64,000 bases of DNA, from positions 2,304,001-2,368,000 of the forward strand of contig OZ253496.1 in assembly GCA_965262115.1 (NCBI GenBank), given 5' to 3'. Below, piece by piece: positions 50,757-60,526 of the stretch; position 1 is the stretch's first letter; each line of letters starts with the position of its first letter. Source of the DNA: Nitrospinales bacterium (GTDB taxonomy: Bacteria > Nitrospinota > Nitrospinia > Nitrospinales > VA-1). The position numbers and the translations under genes are program-made. Under the pieces are notes generated by a model. That model was not told the origin of the DNA, made no database searches, and saw only the letters and a program-made list of their open reading frames with translations.

Positions 50757-50819
50757 ACATAAAGTTACATTTTACGACACTTTAGTACACAATCCTATCA
50801 TAACGGGACAATCTGTCAA
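50757..50819 (-). promoter_or_regulatory. dcw promoter and candidate MraZ operator repeats
   Basis: TTGACA-16-(TG)TAGGAT on the minus strand, followed by four RTGT boxes at exact 10-bp period. Confidence 0.65.
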
Positions 50820-51126
50820 CTGAAAAGGAGACATAAATACTGATAAACTGTGCCGGGGGAAACGGGCTAACTTTTTATTTAAACAGGGGTTGGTCGCTTC
50901 CAAACGGGTCGCAAAAAGGTTTTTTCCTGGAGACAGGGTAAAATCGGGTTGTGACACCGCTATTATCGGAACCGGTCGAAAGTGCTATTTCCAGACCGAA
51001 TCGATGGAGGTAGGGCAACGGGGGAGTAGAACGACATATTTGAGTTAGTTCATTATATATAAATTTCCTTCTTCATGAATTTTTGGCCAGGGCTTATTTA
51101 TCCCTTTCCTTTTCAATGGATTTGCT

Positions 51127-51156
51127 TTGACAAGGCCAAATTCTGGATGTTACTAT
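51127..51156 (+). promoter_or_regulatory. sigma70-type promoter of the ccm operon
   Basis: TTGACA-18-TACTAT with an extended TG. Confidence 0.6.
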
Positions 51157-51211
51157 GAAAAAAGCCTCAATAAATTAATAAAATTCTTTCGCCAGAGGAT
51201 GTGGGCCGGTT

Positions 51212-51703
51212 ATGAAGCAGAAAAAAATAAGGTTTTTAGTGGGTAGCTTGCTGATTGTCGGTGCCATCGGTTATCTGATTACAATGGGCATCAGCAATAC
51301 CTCTCAATATTTCTTTACCGTGGATGAGTTGATGAACCAGCAGGTCTCTTATGCCGGTGCGGGATTAAAAGTAAAAGGCAATGTGGTGAATGGCTCTATC
51401 CAAAGGGATCCCAACGATTATTTAAATGTGAAATTTTCCATCGAGGAGAACGATGCCTCGTTAAAGGTGGCTTATCAAGGGGTAACGCCGGATATGTTTA
51501 TAGATGGTGGTGAGGTGGTGGTCGAAGGAACTTTGGGAAAAGACGGAGTTTTTCACGCCAACACTTTATTGACCAGTTGCCCGTCAAAATATGAAGCTGA
51601 AAAAGAGGCCGGAAAGATGCACCCGGGAACATTCCCTCAAGCCGATAAGTATCGGAAGCCGGGCCTCAATAAAGCGGAAGCCTTGCCGAAAACAACAATC
51701 TGA
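51212..51703 (+). CDS. ccmE: heme chaperone CcmE (CxxxY variant)
   Basis: TM anchor, PDMF, VVVEG, CPSKY. Confidence 0.93.
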   Translation: MKQKKIRFLVGSLLIVGAIGYLITMGISNTSQYFFTVDELMNQQVSYAGAGLKVKGNVVNGSIQRDPNDYLNVKFSIEENDASLKVAYQGVTPDMFIDGGEVVVEGTLGKDGVFHANTLLTSCPSKYEAEKEAGKMHPGTFPQADKYRKPGLNKAEALPKTTI

Positions 51704-51774
51704 CCTCCCCTATAAAATCGAGTAACCCAGCCATCCAGCATTAGTGCGGGATTAAAGGCGTTTGCATAGAAACC

Positions 51775-53790
51775 ATGAACGATATTGGTGAGTTTACATT
51801 ACTGGTAGCCTTGGCAACGGCTCTCTATGGTTGCGTTGCCTATGTAATGTCAGCCCGTGGAAACCGCATCGACCTTTATCTTAGCGCCGACAAGACCCCA
51901 TTTATTGTCTGGACATGCGTTATGATCTCTTCCATTTGTCTATGGAAGGCTTTTCTCACCGATGACTTCAGCCTTCAATACGTCTGGGCCTATTCCAACC
52001 GCGAGCTCGACACGTTTTATAAAGTGTCCTCATTCTGGGGCGGGCAAAAAGGTTCTCTGCTTTTCTGGACCCTGCTTCTCAGTACCTATATGCTCGTGGT
52101 TTATTTTCAGAACCGGAGTAAAAACCTCAGAGTGGTTCCCTATGCGATGGCAGTCATGCTTGCCGTCGTGGTGTTCTTTCTTTTCCTGATCAATTTTTCC
52201 ACTAATCCATTTGAGCGCATCCCTCTGCCTCCCGAAGATGGGCGCGGTCTGAATCCACTCCTGCAAAATTACTGGATGGTGATTCATCCGCCAACATTAT
52301 ATTTGGGATATGTTGGATTCACCGTCCCTTTCGCATTCGCAGTGGCGGCCCTTCTCAGCAAAAATCTGGATGACGGTTGGATTCGTATGACCCGGAAGTG
52401 GTCTTTGATCTCCTGGTTTTTTCTTTGCATGGGCAATTTGTTCGGAGCTTCCTGGGCTTATGTGGAACTGGGCTGGGGTGGTTACTGGGCCTGGGACCCT
52501 GTTGAGAACGCCGCATTCATGCCGTTGCTGATCGCAACCGCTTTTTTACATTCAGTGATGATTCAGGAAAAAAAGGACATGATGAAAGTCTGGAATATGT
52601 CCTTGATCCTTCTGACATTCGCGATGACGATTTTTGGAACGTTTATTACCCGTAGCGGTCTTATCCAGTCGGTGCATACCTTTGATGAAGCGACCTTGGG
52701 ATATTATTTTCTGGCATTTCTTTTTGTGATCATTGTCTCTTGCACAGCATTGATCATTGCGCGGCTTCCCCTGTTGAAGAGCGCGAACGAACTCGACTCT
52801 TTTTTGTCCCGAGAAAGTAGTTTTTTATTTAACAACCTGGTTTTACTGGGGATTGCTTTCGCGACGTTTTGGGGAACCATCTTCCCGATTATTTCAGAAG
52901 CCGTGCGGGGTGTGAAGATCACCGTAGGGCCGCCCTTCTATAATCAGGTTAACGTTCCCATAGGCCTTGCTCTGTTAGCGCTCATAGGCATTGGGCCTGT
53001 AATTGCATGGCGTCGGGCCACATTTTCCAACTTAAAAAAGAACTTTTTAAAACCTATCAGCGCTGGAATTGTTATGGCAGTGGCGTTGTTCCCGATCATT
53101 CCGTTAGGAAGTCGAGCCGAGATTTATACTTATGTGACATTTGTGCTTTGTGCTTTTGTGCTGACCAGTATCTTAACGGAGTTTTACAAAGGGACGGTTT
53201 CAAGAATAGGCTCGCATGATGAGTCTTTTGTTGGAGCTTTAACAACGATGACTTGGCGCAACAAGAGGCGGTATGGAGGTTACATCGTTCACATTGGCGT
53301 GGTGTTGATTTTTGCTGGCATTGCAGGTTCGAAGGCTTATGGAACCCATACGGAAAAACATCTGCAACTGGGTGACTCCTTTGAGATAAGAGGGTACACG
53401 ATCAAATATGAAAAACTGGTCGCGGTGCAGGCGACAAGCGTTAAGACCCGAATTATTGCCCAGCTTGCCGTAGAGCGTGATGGCAGGCGATATTGGACGG
53501 CCCACCCTGAAAAAGAATTTTATAAAGGACAGAACCAGCCGGTCTCGGAAGTGGATGTCCTGTCAACCTGGAAGGAAGATTTATATATGATCCTTGCGGA
53601 CTTTAGGGAAGATGAGTCGGCAACGATAAAAGTGTATGTGAACCCGATGGTCAGCTGGATTTGGACAGGCGGATGGATCATTGCTTTTGGAACGATGATC
53701 TCCATGTGGCCGGATCGATTAGAGCAACGTCGCCGTCTGGACAGAGTCCGCAGGCAGGAGCAGTTGTTCCCCTCTCCCGCACAGGAGTGA
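51775..53790 (+). CDS. ccmF: heme lyase CcmF
   Basis: GLNPLLQ, HPP, WGGYWAWDPVEN, RSG..SVH.F. Confidence 0.97.
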   Translation: MNDIGEFTLLVALATALYGCVAYVMSARGNRIDLYLSADKTPFIVWTCVMISSICLWKAFLTDDFSLQYVWAYSNRELDTFYKVSSFWGGQKGSLLFWTLLLSTYMLVVYFQNRSKNLRVVPYAMAVMLAVVVFFLFLINFSTNPFERIPLPPEDGRGLNPLLQNYWMVIHPPTLYLGYVGFTVPFAFAVAALLSKNLDDGWIRMTRKWSLISWFFLCMGNLFGASWAYVELGWGGYWAWDPVENAAFMPLLIATAFLHSVMIQEKKDMMKVWNMSLILLTFAMTIFGTFITRSGLIQSVHTFDEATLGYYFLAFLFVIIVSCTALIIARLPLLKSANELDSFLSRESSFLFNNLVLLGIAFATFWGTIFPIISEAVRGVKITVGPPFYNQVNVPIGLALLALIGIGPVIAWRRATFSNLKKNFLKPISAGIVMAVALFPIIPLGSRAEIYTYVTFVLCAFVLTSILTEFYKGTVSRIGSHDESFVGALTTMTWRNKRRYGGYIVHIGVVLIFAGIAGSKAYGTHTEKHLQLGDSFEIRGYTIKYEKLVAVQATSVKTRIIAQLAVERDGRRYWTAHPEKEFYKGQNQPVSEVDVLSTWKEDLYMILADFREDESATIKVYVNPMVSWIWTGGWIIAFGTMISMWPDRLEQRRRLDRVRRQEQLFPSPAQE

Positions 53791-53794
53791 CCGA

Positions 53795-54277
53795 ATGAGA
53801 ACTTTAAAAGTATTGACGGTATTGTTTGTGTTGGTAGGGGTTTCAATAGGCCCAGCGTCCAGCGCCGGGGCCGGGGCTGTTTTGCAGGATCTTGAAAATG
53901 CTTTGATGTGCAAATGTGATGACAAGTGTGGAAAAGTTCTTATTAATTGCACCTGCTCCACTGCTGATAAAACCCGTGCCAAGTTTTCGAAAATGCTGGA
54001 GTCAGGTCTTACCGTTGAGCAAATTATAAAAATGCAGGTGGATGAATATGGGGAAACCGTATTGTCCGCTCCTACCAAATTTGGATTCAATCTCACGGCC
54101 TGGATGACCCCGTTTGTAGCTTTAGTTGCCGGGGGATTTGGGCTTCGTAAAGTTTTTCAGTCATGGATCGGGAAAAAAGAGGGTGACGATTCCCCCGAGA
54201 TGCCTGTGGACGAACCTGAAATTTCAGAAAAATATTCCAAGCGTTTAAAAGATGAACTAGACGGGATTGAGCTATAG
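53795..54277 (+). CDS. ccmH: CcmH-like cytochrome c biogenesis protein
   Basis: LMCKCDDKCG, YGETVL.AP, W.TP followed by a TM segment. Confidence 0.8.
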   Translation: MRTLKVLTVLFVLVGVSIGPASSAGAGAVLQDLENALMCKCDDKCGKVLINCTCSTADKTRAKFSKMLESGLTVEQIIKMQVDEYGETVLSAPTKFGFNLTAWMTPFVALVAGGFGLRKVFQSWIGKKEGDDSPEMPVDEPEISEKYSKRLKDELDGIEL

Positions 54278-54279
54278 GA

Positions 54280-54618
54280 ATGGGATTTATCCACTTCTTA
54301 GAGTTGATTCTGGTTGTTGGAATCCTGCTTGCAGTGGGAATACCGCTTTTTGGGAAATTGAAACTCAAAAATCTGGTGGAAGCGGTGGACCCTGCTGTTG
54401 ACGAATATAAACATCTTTTAGTACGTAAAGAAGAAACTTTGATTTCCATCAAAGAACTGGAATTCGATTTCAGTACCGGAAAAATTTCAGAGCCCGATTA
54501 TAAAGAACTTCGCCATAAGCTGGAAACAGAAGCGACGAAGATTCTGGAGCATCTGGACCAGTTGGAAGAGGAAGGCAAAAAAATAAATCCTCCCATTAAA
54601 CCTAAGGCAATCGTTTAG
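54280..54618 (+). CDS. CcmI N-terminal-like membrane protein
   Basis: TM then ELEFD...GKISEPDY, within the ccm operon. Confidence 0.65.
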   Translation: MGFIHFLELILVVGILLAVGIPLFGKLKLKNLVEAVDPAVDEYKHLLVRKEETLISIKELEFDFSTGKISEPDYKELRHKLETEATKILEHLDQLEEEGKKINPPIKPKAIV

Positions 54619-54629
54619 CAGGGGCTCTA

Positions 54630-55394
54630 TTGAGAATGGTAGACAATCCCAAACCCTCCGATTTTGCTATTGAAGTCCGCCAGCTACGCAAAGAGTTTGG
54701 GGTCTTGAAGGCGGTGGATGGCATCAGCTTTGATTTGAAGCGTGGAGAATTTTTATCGGTGTTTGGTCCCAATGGAGCGGGTAAGACCACTCTGATCAAG
54801 ATTCTTACGGGATTGACCCGGCCTTCATCCGGAACAGCCCGGGTTGCAGGTTACGAGGTGGAAGAGGGGAGATCCGAAATGCGGCGCGAAATCGGTGTTA
54901 TTTCCCATTCACCCGCTTTATATGCAGATTTGACTCCCATGGAAAACCTGGTTTTTTTTGGCAAGATGTATGGGCTGGAGCATCCTCAGGAGTCAGCGCT
55001 GGCAGTTCTTGAAGATGTGGGGCTGGCAGCACGCAGGCATGACCGGGTGCGGATATTTTCCCGGGGCATGTTGCAGAGGCTATCCATCGCCCGGGCCATC
55101 CTGCACGATCCTTCCATATTATTTCTGGATGAACCTTTCACCGGCTTGGATATCCATGCTTCCAACGTGCTCAAAGAGCATCTTCAAACTTTACATAACA
55201 ATAAGAGAACCATATTGATGACCACGCACGATGTTTCATGTGGGCTGGAAATGTGTGACAAGGTGGCCCTACAGGTGATGGGCCGGTTCGCCTTTTTTAA
55301 AGATATTAAAGATGTCGATAAAGAAAATTTTGAGAAGATGTATTTTGATGCGGTTCTCAATAACCAGTTCACCATGGGCCTTCGCCCTCACTGA
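54630..55394 (+). CDS. ccmA: ABC ATPase CcmA
   Basis: GPNGAGKTT, FSRGMLQR, LDEP; upstream of ccmB. Confidence 0.9.
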   Translation: MRMVDNPKPSDFAIEVRQLRKEFGVLKAVDGISFDLKRGEFLSVFGPNGAGKTTLIKILTGLTRPSSGTARVAGYEVEEGRSEMRREIGVISHSPALYADLTPMENLVFFGKMYGLEHPQESALAVLEDVGLAARRHDRVRIFSRGMLQRLSIARAILHDPSILFLDEPFTGLDIHASNVLKEHLQTLHNNKRTILMTTHDVSCGLEMCDKVALQVMGRFAFFKDIKDVDKENFEKMYFDAVLNNQFTMGLRPH

Positions 55395-55400
55395 GGCAGC

Positions 55401-56081
55401 ATGAACCTTTTTTTGAGTCAAATCGCGGCGATTGTCTGGAAAGATTTCGTGACGGAACTCAAGACCCGGGAACTGTTCAGCGCGATGTTTGTTTTCGCAT
55501 TACTGGTGATGCTGATATTTATTTTTTCTGTGAACCTGAGTGTCGTCAAAGCCAGTGAGGTCGGGCCGGGGATTTTGTGGGTGGCATTTTTATTTTCTGG
55601 AACTCTGGGCCTTAACCGATCTTTCGTGCTCGAAAAAGAAAACGGTTGCCTCATGGGATTGATGCTGGTGCCGGCAGACCGAACGGTTATTTATTTTGGA
55701 AAACTGATCAGCAATTTTGTTTTCCTGACCATTATGGAATTATTCATCCTGCCGTTGTTCATGATATTTTTTAATATTGACCTTATTGAGCACCTGCTTC
55801 CGCTTTTACTTGTTATATTTCTGGGGACCCTGGGTTTCTGCGCTCTGGGAACCCTGTTGTCTTCGTTGGCTTCAAACCTTAAAACCCGGGAAATCATGTT
55901 GCCCATTTTGCTCTATCCCCTACTGGTGCCGATCGTTATCGGAGTGGTTCGGATGACCGGGCAGATTCTGGCTGGGGAGCCTTTGTCGGAAATGATGAAC
56001 TGGATTGGTTTGACGGCATCCTTCGATATCATTTATATTGGTGTCTCCATTATGACCATCGACCATATTCTGGAGGAGTGA
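55401..56081 (+). CDS. ccmB: heme exporter permease CcmB
   Basis: EKENG.L.GL, LPILLYPL..P. Confidence 0.92.
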   Translation: MNLFLSQIAAIVWKDFVTELKTRELFSAMFVFALLVMLIFIFSVNLSVVKASEVGPGILWVAFLFSGTLGLNRSFVLEKENGCLMGLMLVPADRTVIYFGKLISNFVFLTIMELFILPLFMIFFNIDLIEHLLPLLLVIFLGTLGFCALGTLLSSLASNLKTREIMLPILLYPLLVPIVIGVVRMTGQILAGEPLSEMMNWIGLTASFDIIYIGVSIMTIDHILEE

Positions 56082-56085
56082 CGGA

Positions 56086-56229
56086 ATGGATAACCTTGGA
56101 TTTTTATTTGCGGCCAATGCGTTTGTATGGGGCGGCATTATTTATTATGTGTACACCCTCAAGCAGCGCAACAGGGCTCTTGAAAAAGACCTGGACTTGT
56201 TGAAAGAAACTTTGAGCAAGGAAGGATGA
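56086..56229 (+). CDS. ccmD: CcmD-like small protein (47 aa)
   Basis: MDNLGFLFAANAFVWGGIIYYVYTLKQRNRALEKDLDLLKETLSKEG; TM plus charged helix; GGAGG RBS; stop overlaps the ccmC start. Confidence 0.75.
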   Translation: MDNLGFLFAANAFVWGGIIYYVYTLKQRNRALEKDLDLLKETLSKEG

Positions 56230-56942
56230 TGAGTCCCGATGTGGAAGAGGGAAAAGAGGAAGAAAGTAATGTCTTGGTCTGGTTGACGGGTTCTGCGCTT
56301 CTGGCCGCGATGATCGGGATCTTTATTTATGTTCCCACCGAACGGACGGAAGGCCTGATCCAAAGGATCATGTATTTTCATGTGCCTTGCGCCTGGCTGT
56401 CATTTTTTGCTTTCTTTGTGGTTTTCATATGCTCCATTTTGTTTCTTTGGAAGAAAGACCGGGAGTGGGACATTTATGCCCACGCCTCAGCAGAGATCGG
56501 AGTGGTTTTCTGCTCTCTGGTATTGATCACGGGTCCGATCTGGGCAAGACCTATTTGGGGAGCCTGGTGGGTGTGGGACGCGCGCCTCACCTCCACTCTG
56601 ATACTTTGGATCATATACGTGTCCTACCTCATGCTCCGTGCGCAAAGTGATGCCGGCTCCATGCGGGCTCGTTATGCCGCGGTGCTTGGCATTGTCGGGT
56701 TTCTAAATATTCCTTTCATCCATTTTTCTGTACTCTGGTGGCGGACATTTCACCCCCAGCCTAAGGTCATCACTACCGAAGGGATTGGCAAGGGAATGGA
56801 CCCCAGCATGCTGGCTACGCTGGGCATATCTCTGTGTGCCTTCACTCTGCTTTATTTCCTGTTGATGGGTGAGCGGGTGCGGCAGGAAAAACTGAGAGAT
56901 GAAGTTGACCGTCTTAAAAGAGAAAAAATTTACTCGTCTTAA
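56226..56942 (+). CDS. ccmC: heme exporter CcmC
   Basis: YFHVP, WARPIWGAWWVWDARLTS. Confidence 0.96.
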   Translation: MMSPDVEEGKEEESNVLVWLTGSALLAAMIGIFIYVPTERTEGLIQRIMYFHVPCAWLSFFAFFVVFICSILFLWKKDREWDIYAHASAEIGVVFCSLVLITGPIWARPIWGAWWVWDARLTSTLILWIIYVSYLMLRAQSDAGSMRARYAAVLGIVGFLNIPFIHFSVLWWRTFHPQPKVITTEGIGKGMDPSMLATLGISLCAFTLLYFLLMGERVRQEKLRDEVDRLKREKIYSS

Positions 56943-57480
56943 AGACGGATTGCTGGGCCTGTTGATCCTTGTGGCCCTGGCTTTACTCGTACTCCGTATT
57001 CAAAGTCCCGGCCCGGAAAACCCGCAACCGGAAGTCAATCAGTTCAAGTCGCAAGAAGGCTATCTGGCCCCCAAGTTTACTTTAAGGAATCTCAAGGGTA
57101 ACCTTGAGGGGCTTGACGATCATTCCGGTAAAGTGATTGTCGTCAATTTTTGGGCTACCTGGTGCGTTCCCTGTATTAAGGAAATGCCCAGTTTCGAAAA
57201 TCTTTACCGCCGCTTTCGCTCGAAGGGGCTGACTATTCTGGCGATCAGCTTGGACAAAGGTGATTCTTCCAAAGTTCAGGAATTTGTGGATAAGTATAAA
57301 TTGTCTTTCCCGGTTTTGCTGGATACCGAAGGGATCGCCGAAAAACTTTATCCATCTTTTACCATTCCATTCACCTATGTGATCGATAAGCGGGGCCGGG
57401 TGGTCGCCCGTGTAGATGGTGCTAAAAACTGGGAGTCATCTGAAACATTCGAAGCGGTTGAGCATCTTTTAAAACAATAA
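56899..57480 (+). CDS. TlpA/ResA/CcmG-like thiol-disulfide oxidoreductase
   Basis: TM anchor, NFWATWCVPC. Confidence 0.92.
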   Translation: MKLTVLKEKKFTRLKDGLLGLLILVALALLVLRIQSPGPENPQPEVNQFKSQEGYLAPKFTLRNLKGNLEGLDDHSGKVIVVNFWATWCVPCIKEMPSFENLYRRFRSKGLTILAISLDKGDSSKVQEFVDKYKLSFPVLLDTEGIAEKLYPSFTIPFTYVIDKRGRVVARVDGAKNWESSETFEAVEHLLKQ

Positions 57481-57500
57481 ACACGTGAGGAAAGCATTTA

Positions 57501-57917
57501 ATGATAAATGAAGATAAAGCCCAGTCTGCCAATGAAAGTTTTTATGAAGCTTTTAATAAAAGGGATATTGAGGCGATGAAAAGGGTGTGGGGGAATGATG
57601 AAAGCATAACCTGTGTTCATCCCGGCTGGCCTCCTCTTAATGGGTTCAAGCCGGTTTTAAATAGCTGGGCGGGTATTTTTGAAAACTCGGGAAATATGGA
57701 GATTCAGATTTCTGATGTGCGGGTTCTGGCTTCGAATGATCTAGCCTGGGTTTCCTGCATCGAGAAGCTTTATACCATCGCTGAGAGCGGAGTGCTGGCT
57801 TCTAAAGTTTTTGCCACTAACCTGTTTCGCCTTGAGGACGATGTTTGGAAGATGGTCATGCATCATGCTTCACCCGTCCCCGACATCCATAAAACGGAAG
57901 ATATCTCGAGGAATTGA
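57501..57917 (+). CDS. SnoaL/NTF2-like protein
   Basis: FYEAF, CVHPGW, ATNLF, WKMVMHHAS. Confidence 0.88.
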   Translation: MINEDKAQSANESFYEAFNKRDIEAMKRVWGNDESITCVHPGWPPLNGFKPVLNSWAGIFENSGNMEIQISDVRVLASNDLAWVSCIEKLYTIAESGVLASKVFATNLFRLEDDVWKMVMHHASPVPDIHKTEDISRN

Positions 57918-57947
57918 AAATGAGCCGGAGTCCGGCGAAAGAGGTTA

Positions 57948-58925
57948 TTATTTTAAAAAACACGCGACATGATGTCCGGGGGCGATTTCTTTAAGAGCAG
58001 GTATTTCTTCTTCACATTGCTTTTCCTTGATGGGGCAACGGTTGTGGAAGGCGCAACCTTTGGGGGGAGTGGCGGGATTTGGGACATCTCCCTTGATAGA
58101 TGCCTTTTGTTGGGTCCGTCCTGATTCGAGGTTGGGAATTGCGTTCAGCAGAGCCGTAGTGTAGGGGTGCTGGGGCGAATTATAAATTTGTTCGCTATTG
58201 GCAAGCTCAACAATTTTTCCGAGATACATCACCGCGACCCGGTCGCAGAAATATTCTACCACCCCCATATCGTGAGAGATAAACAGGTAGGAGATGTCCA
58301 GCTTTTCTTTCAAGTCGAGCAAAAGGTTGATGATCTGAGCCTGTATGGAAACGTCTAAAGCGGATACCGGCTCATCTGCAACCACCAGCTTTGGGTTCAA
58401 GGCGATGGTCCGGGCAATGCCCACGCGCTGGAGCTGGCCTCCGCTCAATTCGTGAGGATACCGGTTAAAATGATCGGAGGTCAGGCCCACGTGTTCTAAA
58501 AGCTGTGTTGCTTTTTCGGCATTTTCTCTCTTGTCTTGGAAGCCATGAATTTCAAAAGGTTCCTGAAGGATATGCCCAATACGTCTTGCCGGATTGACGG
58601 AAGAATAGGGGTCCTGAAAAATGATCTGCATTTTCCTTCTAAGACTTCTCATCTCAGTTTCTTTGAGATCAAACAGGTTAGTGCCGCAAAAGCTTACCTG
58701 TCCTGAAGTCGGCTCAATCAGGCGGAGCAAGGTTCGGGCCGCAGTGGATTTTCCGCATCCACTTTCTCCCACCAGCCCCAGTGTTTCTCCTGCTTTAAGG
58801 GTGAAGGAAATACCATCTACCGCGCGAACCGGCGGGGCTTGTTCTTCGAGAAATTTTTTTTCGGGCAGAAAATATTTTTTAAGATTCCGAACCTCCAGCA
58901 AGGGAATGTTTTTTTCTATAGTCAT
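57948..58925 (-). CDS. oligopeptide/dipeptide ABC ATPase (OppF/DppF type)
   Basis: GESGCGKS, LSGGQ, DEPVSALD, HPYT, Cys-rich C-terminus. Confidence 0.93.
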   Translation of the reverse strand: MTIEKNIPLLEVRNLKKYFLPEKKFLEEQAPPVRAVDGISFTLKAGETLGLVGESGCGKSTAARTLLRLIEPTSGQVSFCGTNLFDLKETEMRSLRRKMQIIFQDPYSSVNPARRIGHILQEPFEIHGFQDKRENAEKATQLLEHVGLTSDHFNRYPHELSGGQLQRVGIARTIALNPKLVVADEPVSALDVSIQAQIINLLLDLKEKLDISYLFISHDMGVVEYFCDRVAVMYLGKIVELANSEQIYNSPQHPYTTALLNAIPNLESGRTQQKASIKGDVPNPATPPKGCAFHNRCPIKEKQCEEEIPALKEIAPGHHVACFLK

Positions 58926-59908
58926 ATTGGTCCCGGTTCCAGGTGGCAACTCCATTGCCGCTGGGCATCCGCCTGACGCAATTCGGGTTTTTGGGTTTTA
59001 CATTTTTCAATAGCCCAGGCGCAACGAGGGTGAAACGCGCACCCTGAAGGTCGCTGATGGAGACTGGGAACGTTGCCCGAAATTTCCTCCAGTCGTGCGC
59101 CTGTTTTTTTTGCAGTTCCCAGTTTGGGAACAGAGGCGATGAGTCCCTTGGTGTAAGGATGAAGAGGATTTTTCAGAAGAGCGCGGGTAGGCCCGGACTC
59201 GACTATTTCTCCTGCATACATGACAAGAACCCTCTGAGCGATTTCTGCAACCACCCCCAGATCATGGGTGATAATGAGAATGGACATCCCTGTGTCTTTT
59301 TTTAAATTCTCCAGAAGCTCAAGAATCTGAGCTTGAATCAAAACATCGAGAGCGGTCGTGGGTTCATCGGCGATGAGGACTCTGGGAGCGCAAGCCAGGG
59401 CCATTGCAATCATGACGCGTTGCCGCATTCCCCCGCTGAGTTGATGGGGATAGTGTTTTAGTTTTTCTTCCGGTGAGGGGAGTTCCACCTGAGCCAACAG
59501 GTCTGCCGACTTTTGCAGGGCTTCTTGCCGATTCATAGTCGTATGGCGAAGGAGTGTTTCGGCCATTTGTTCTCCAATGGTCAAGACTGGGTTGAGAGAG
59601 GTCATAGGGTCCTGGAAGATCATGGAAATAGAGCGGCCGCGTATGTCCTGTAAGACTTTTGCATTTAGGGATAACAGGTTCTGGCCGGAAAACAGAATTT
59701 TTCCGCTCAGAATTTCCGCCGGAGGCTCTGGCAAAAGGCGGAGAATAGAAAGGGCGCTGACTGTCTTTCCGCAACCGGATTCTCCGACCAGAGCCAGGGT
59801 TTCTCCCCGGTTTAAATGAAAGCTGATTCCATTGACGGCGGTCAGCTTTCCTCTGGGAGCGGAAAAAGAAACCTTCAGGTTTTGAATATCCAACTCCGGT
59901 GATGACAT
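58922..59908 (-). CDS. oligopeptide/dipeptide ABC ATPase (OppD/DppD type)
   Basis: GESGCGKT, LSGGMRQR, DEPTTALD. Confidence 0.93.
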   Translation of the reverse strand: MSSPELDIQNLKVSFSAPRGKLTAVNGISFHLNRGETLALVGESGCGKTVSALSILRLLPEPPAEILSGKILFSGQNLLSLNAKVLQDIRGRSISMIFQDPMTSLNPVLTIGEQMAETLLRHTTMNRQEALQKSADLLAQVELPSPEEKLKHYPHQLSGGMRQRVMIAMALACAPRVLIADEPTTALDVLIQAQILELLENLKKDTGMSILIITHDLGVVAEIAQRVLVMYAGEIVESGPTRALLKNPLHPYTKGLIASVPKLGTAKKTGARLEEISGNVPSLHQRPSGCAFHPRCAWAIEKCKTQKPELRQADAQRQWSCHLEPGPI

Positions 59909-60046
59909 CGCTATTTTCGCAATAAATAGGTTGAAACGAATTTGATCCGGCATAATTCGGTTTTCGAATCTCTGATGTTATAATAAATCATTTATGCGCT
60001 TAATGGTCATCCTGCAGAATTTTAATTGTTGTTGAGTGGAAAATAG

Positions 60047-60451
60047 ATGAAACCCTTCGCAAAAATATTGGTGGTTGAAGATGACTCCACATCCTCAAAA
60101 TTGATGGCCTATCATCTTGGAATGATGGGATTCAAAAACGTCACGGAGGTCGAGGATGGAGACTCGGCGCTGGAGCAACTGAAAAAGGAAAAAGCGGACT
60201 TGGTGATTGCCGATTGGCATATGCCGAAGCTGAATGGACGGGACCTTTTTAAAGCCATCCGGGAAGAGGGATTGTGGCGGGATATTCCCTTCCTGATGGT
60301 CACGGTGGAAAAAGACGATCAAAAGGTGCAGGAAGCCATCCAAGCTGGGGTTCGGGATTATATTGTGAAACCCTTAATGTTGAGAAATTTAAACAAAAAA
60401 TCCGTGAAATGCCAGGGCTGGATCGGGGCTGAATCGAAATGGGGAAAATGA
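60047..60451 (+). CDS. CheY-like response regulator, probable 3' frameshift
   Basis: VVEDD, IADWHMP, YIVKP; a receiver-like helix 5 lies in another frame after about 60375. Confidence 0.8.
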   Translation: MKPFAKILVVEDDSTSSKLMAYHLGMMGFKNVTEVEDGDSALEQLKKEKADLVIADWHMPKLNGRDLFKAIREEGLWRDIPFLMVTVEKDDQKVQEAIQAGVRDYIVKPLMLRNLNKKSVKCQGWIGAESKWGK

Positions 60452-60474
60452 ATTTTTGTTTGTTAGAGGCAAAG

Positions 60475-60501
60475 AAAAAGGCGGCCTGACGACCGCCTTT
60501 T
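60475..60501. terminator. bidirectional intrinsic terminator
   Basis: AAAAGGCGG...CCGCCTTTT between convergent genes. Confidence 0.75.
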
Positions 60502-60526
60502 CAAGTATATGGTTTTCTTTAAAATT

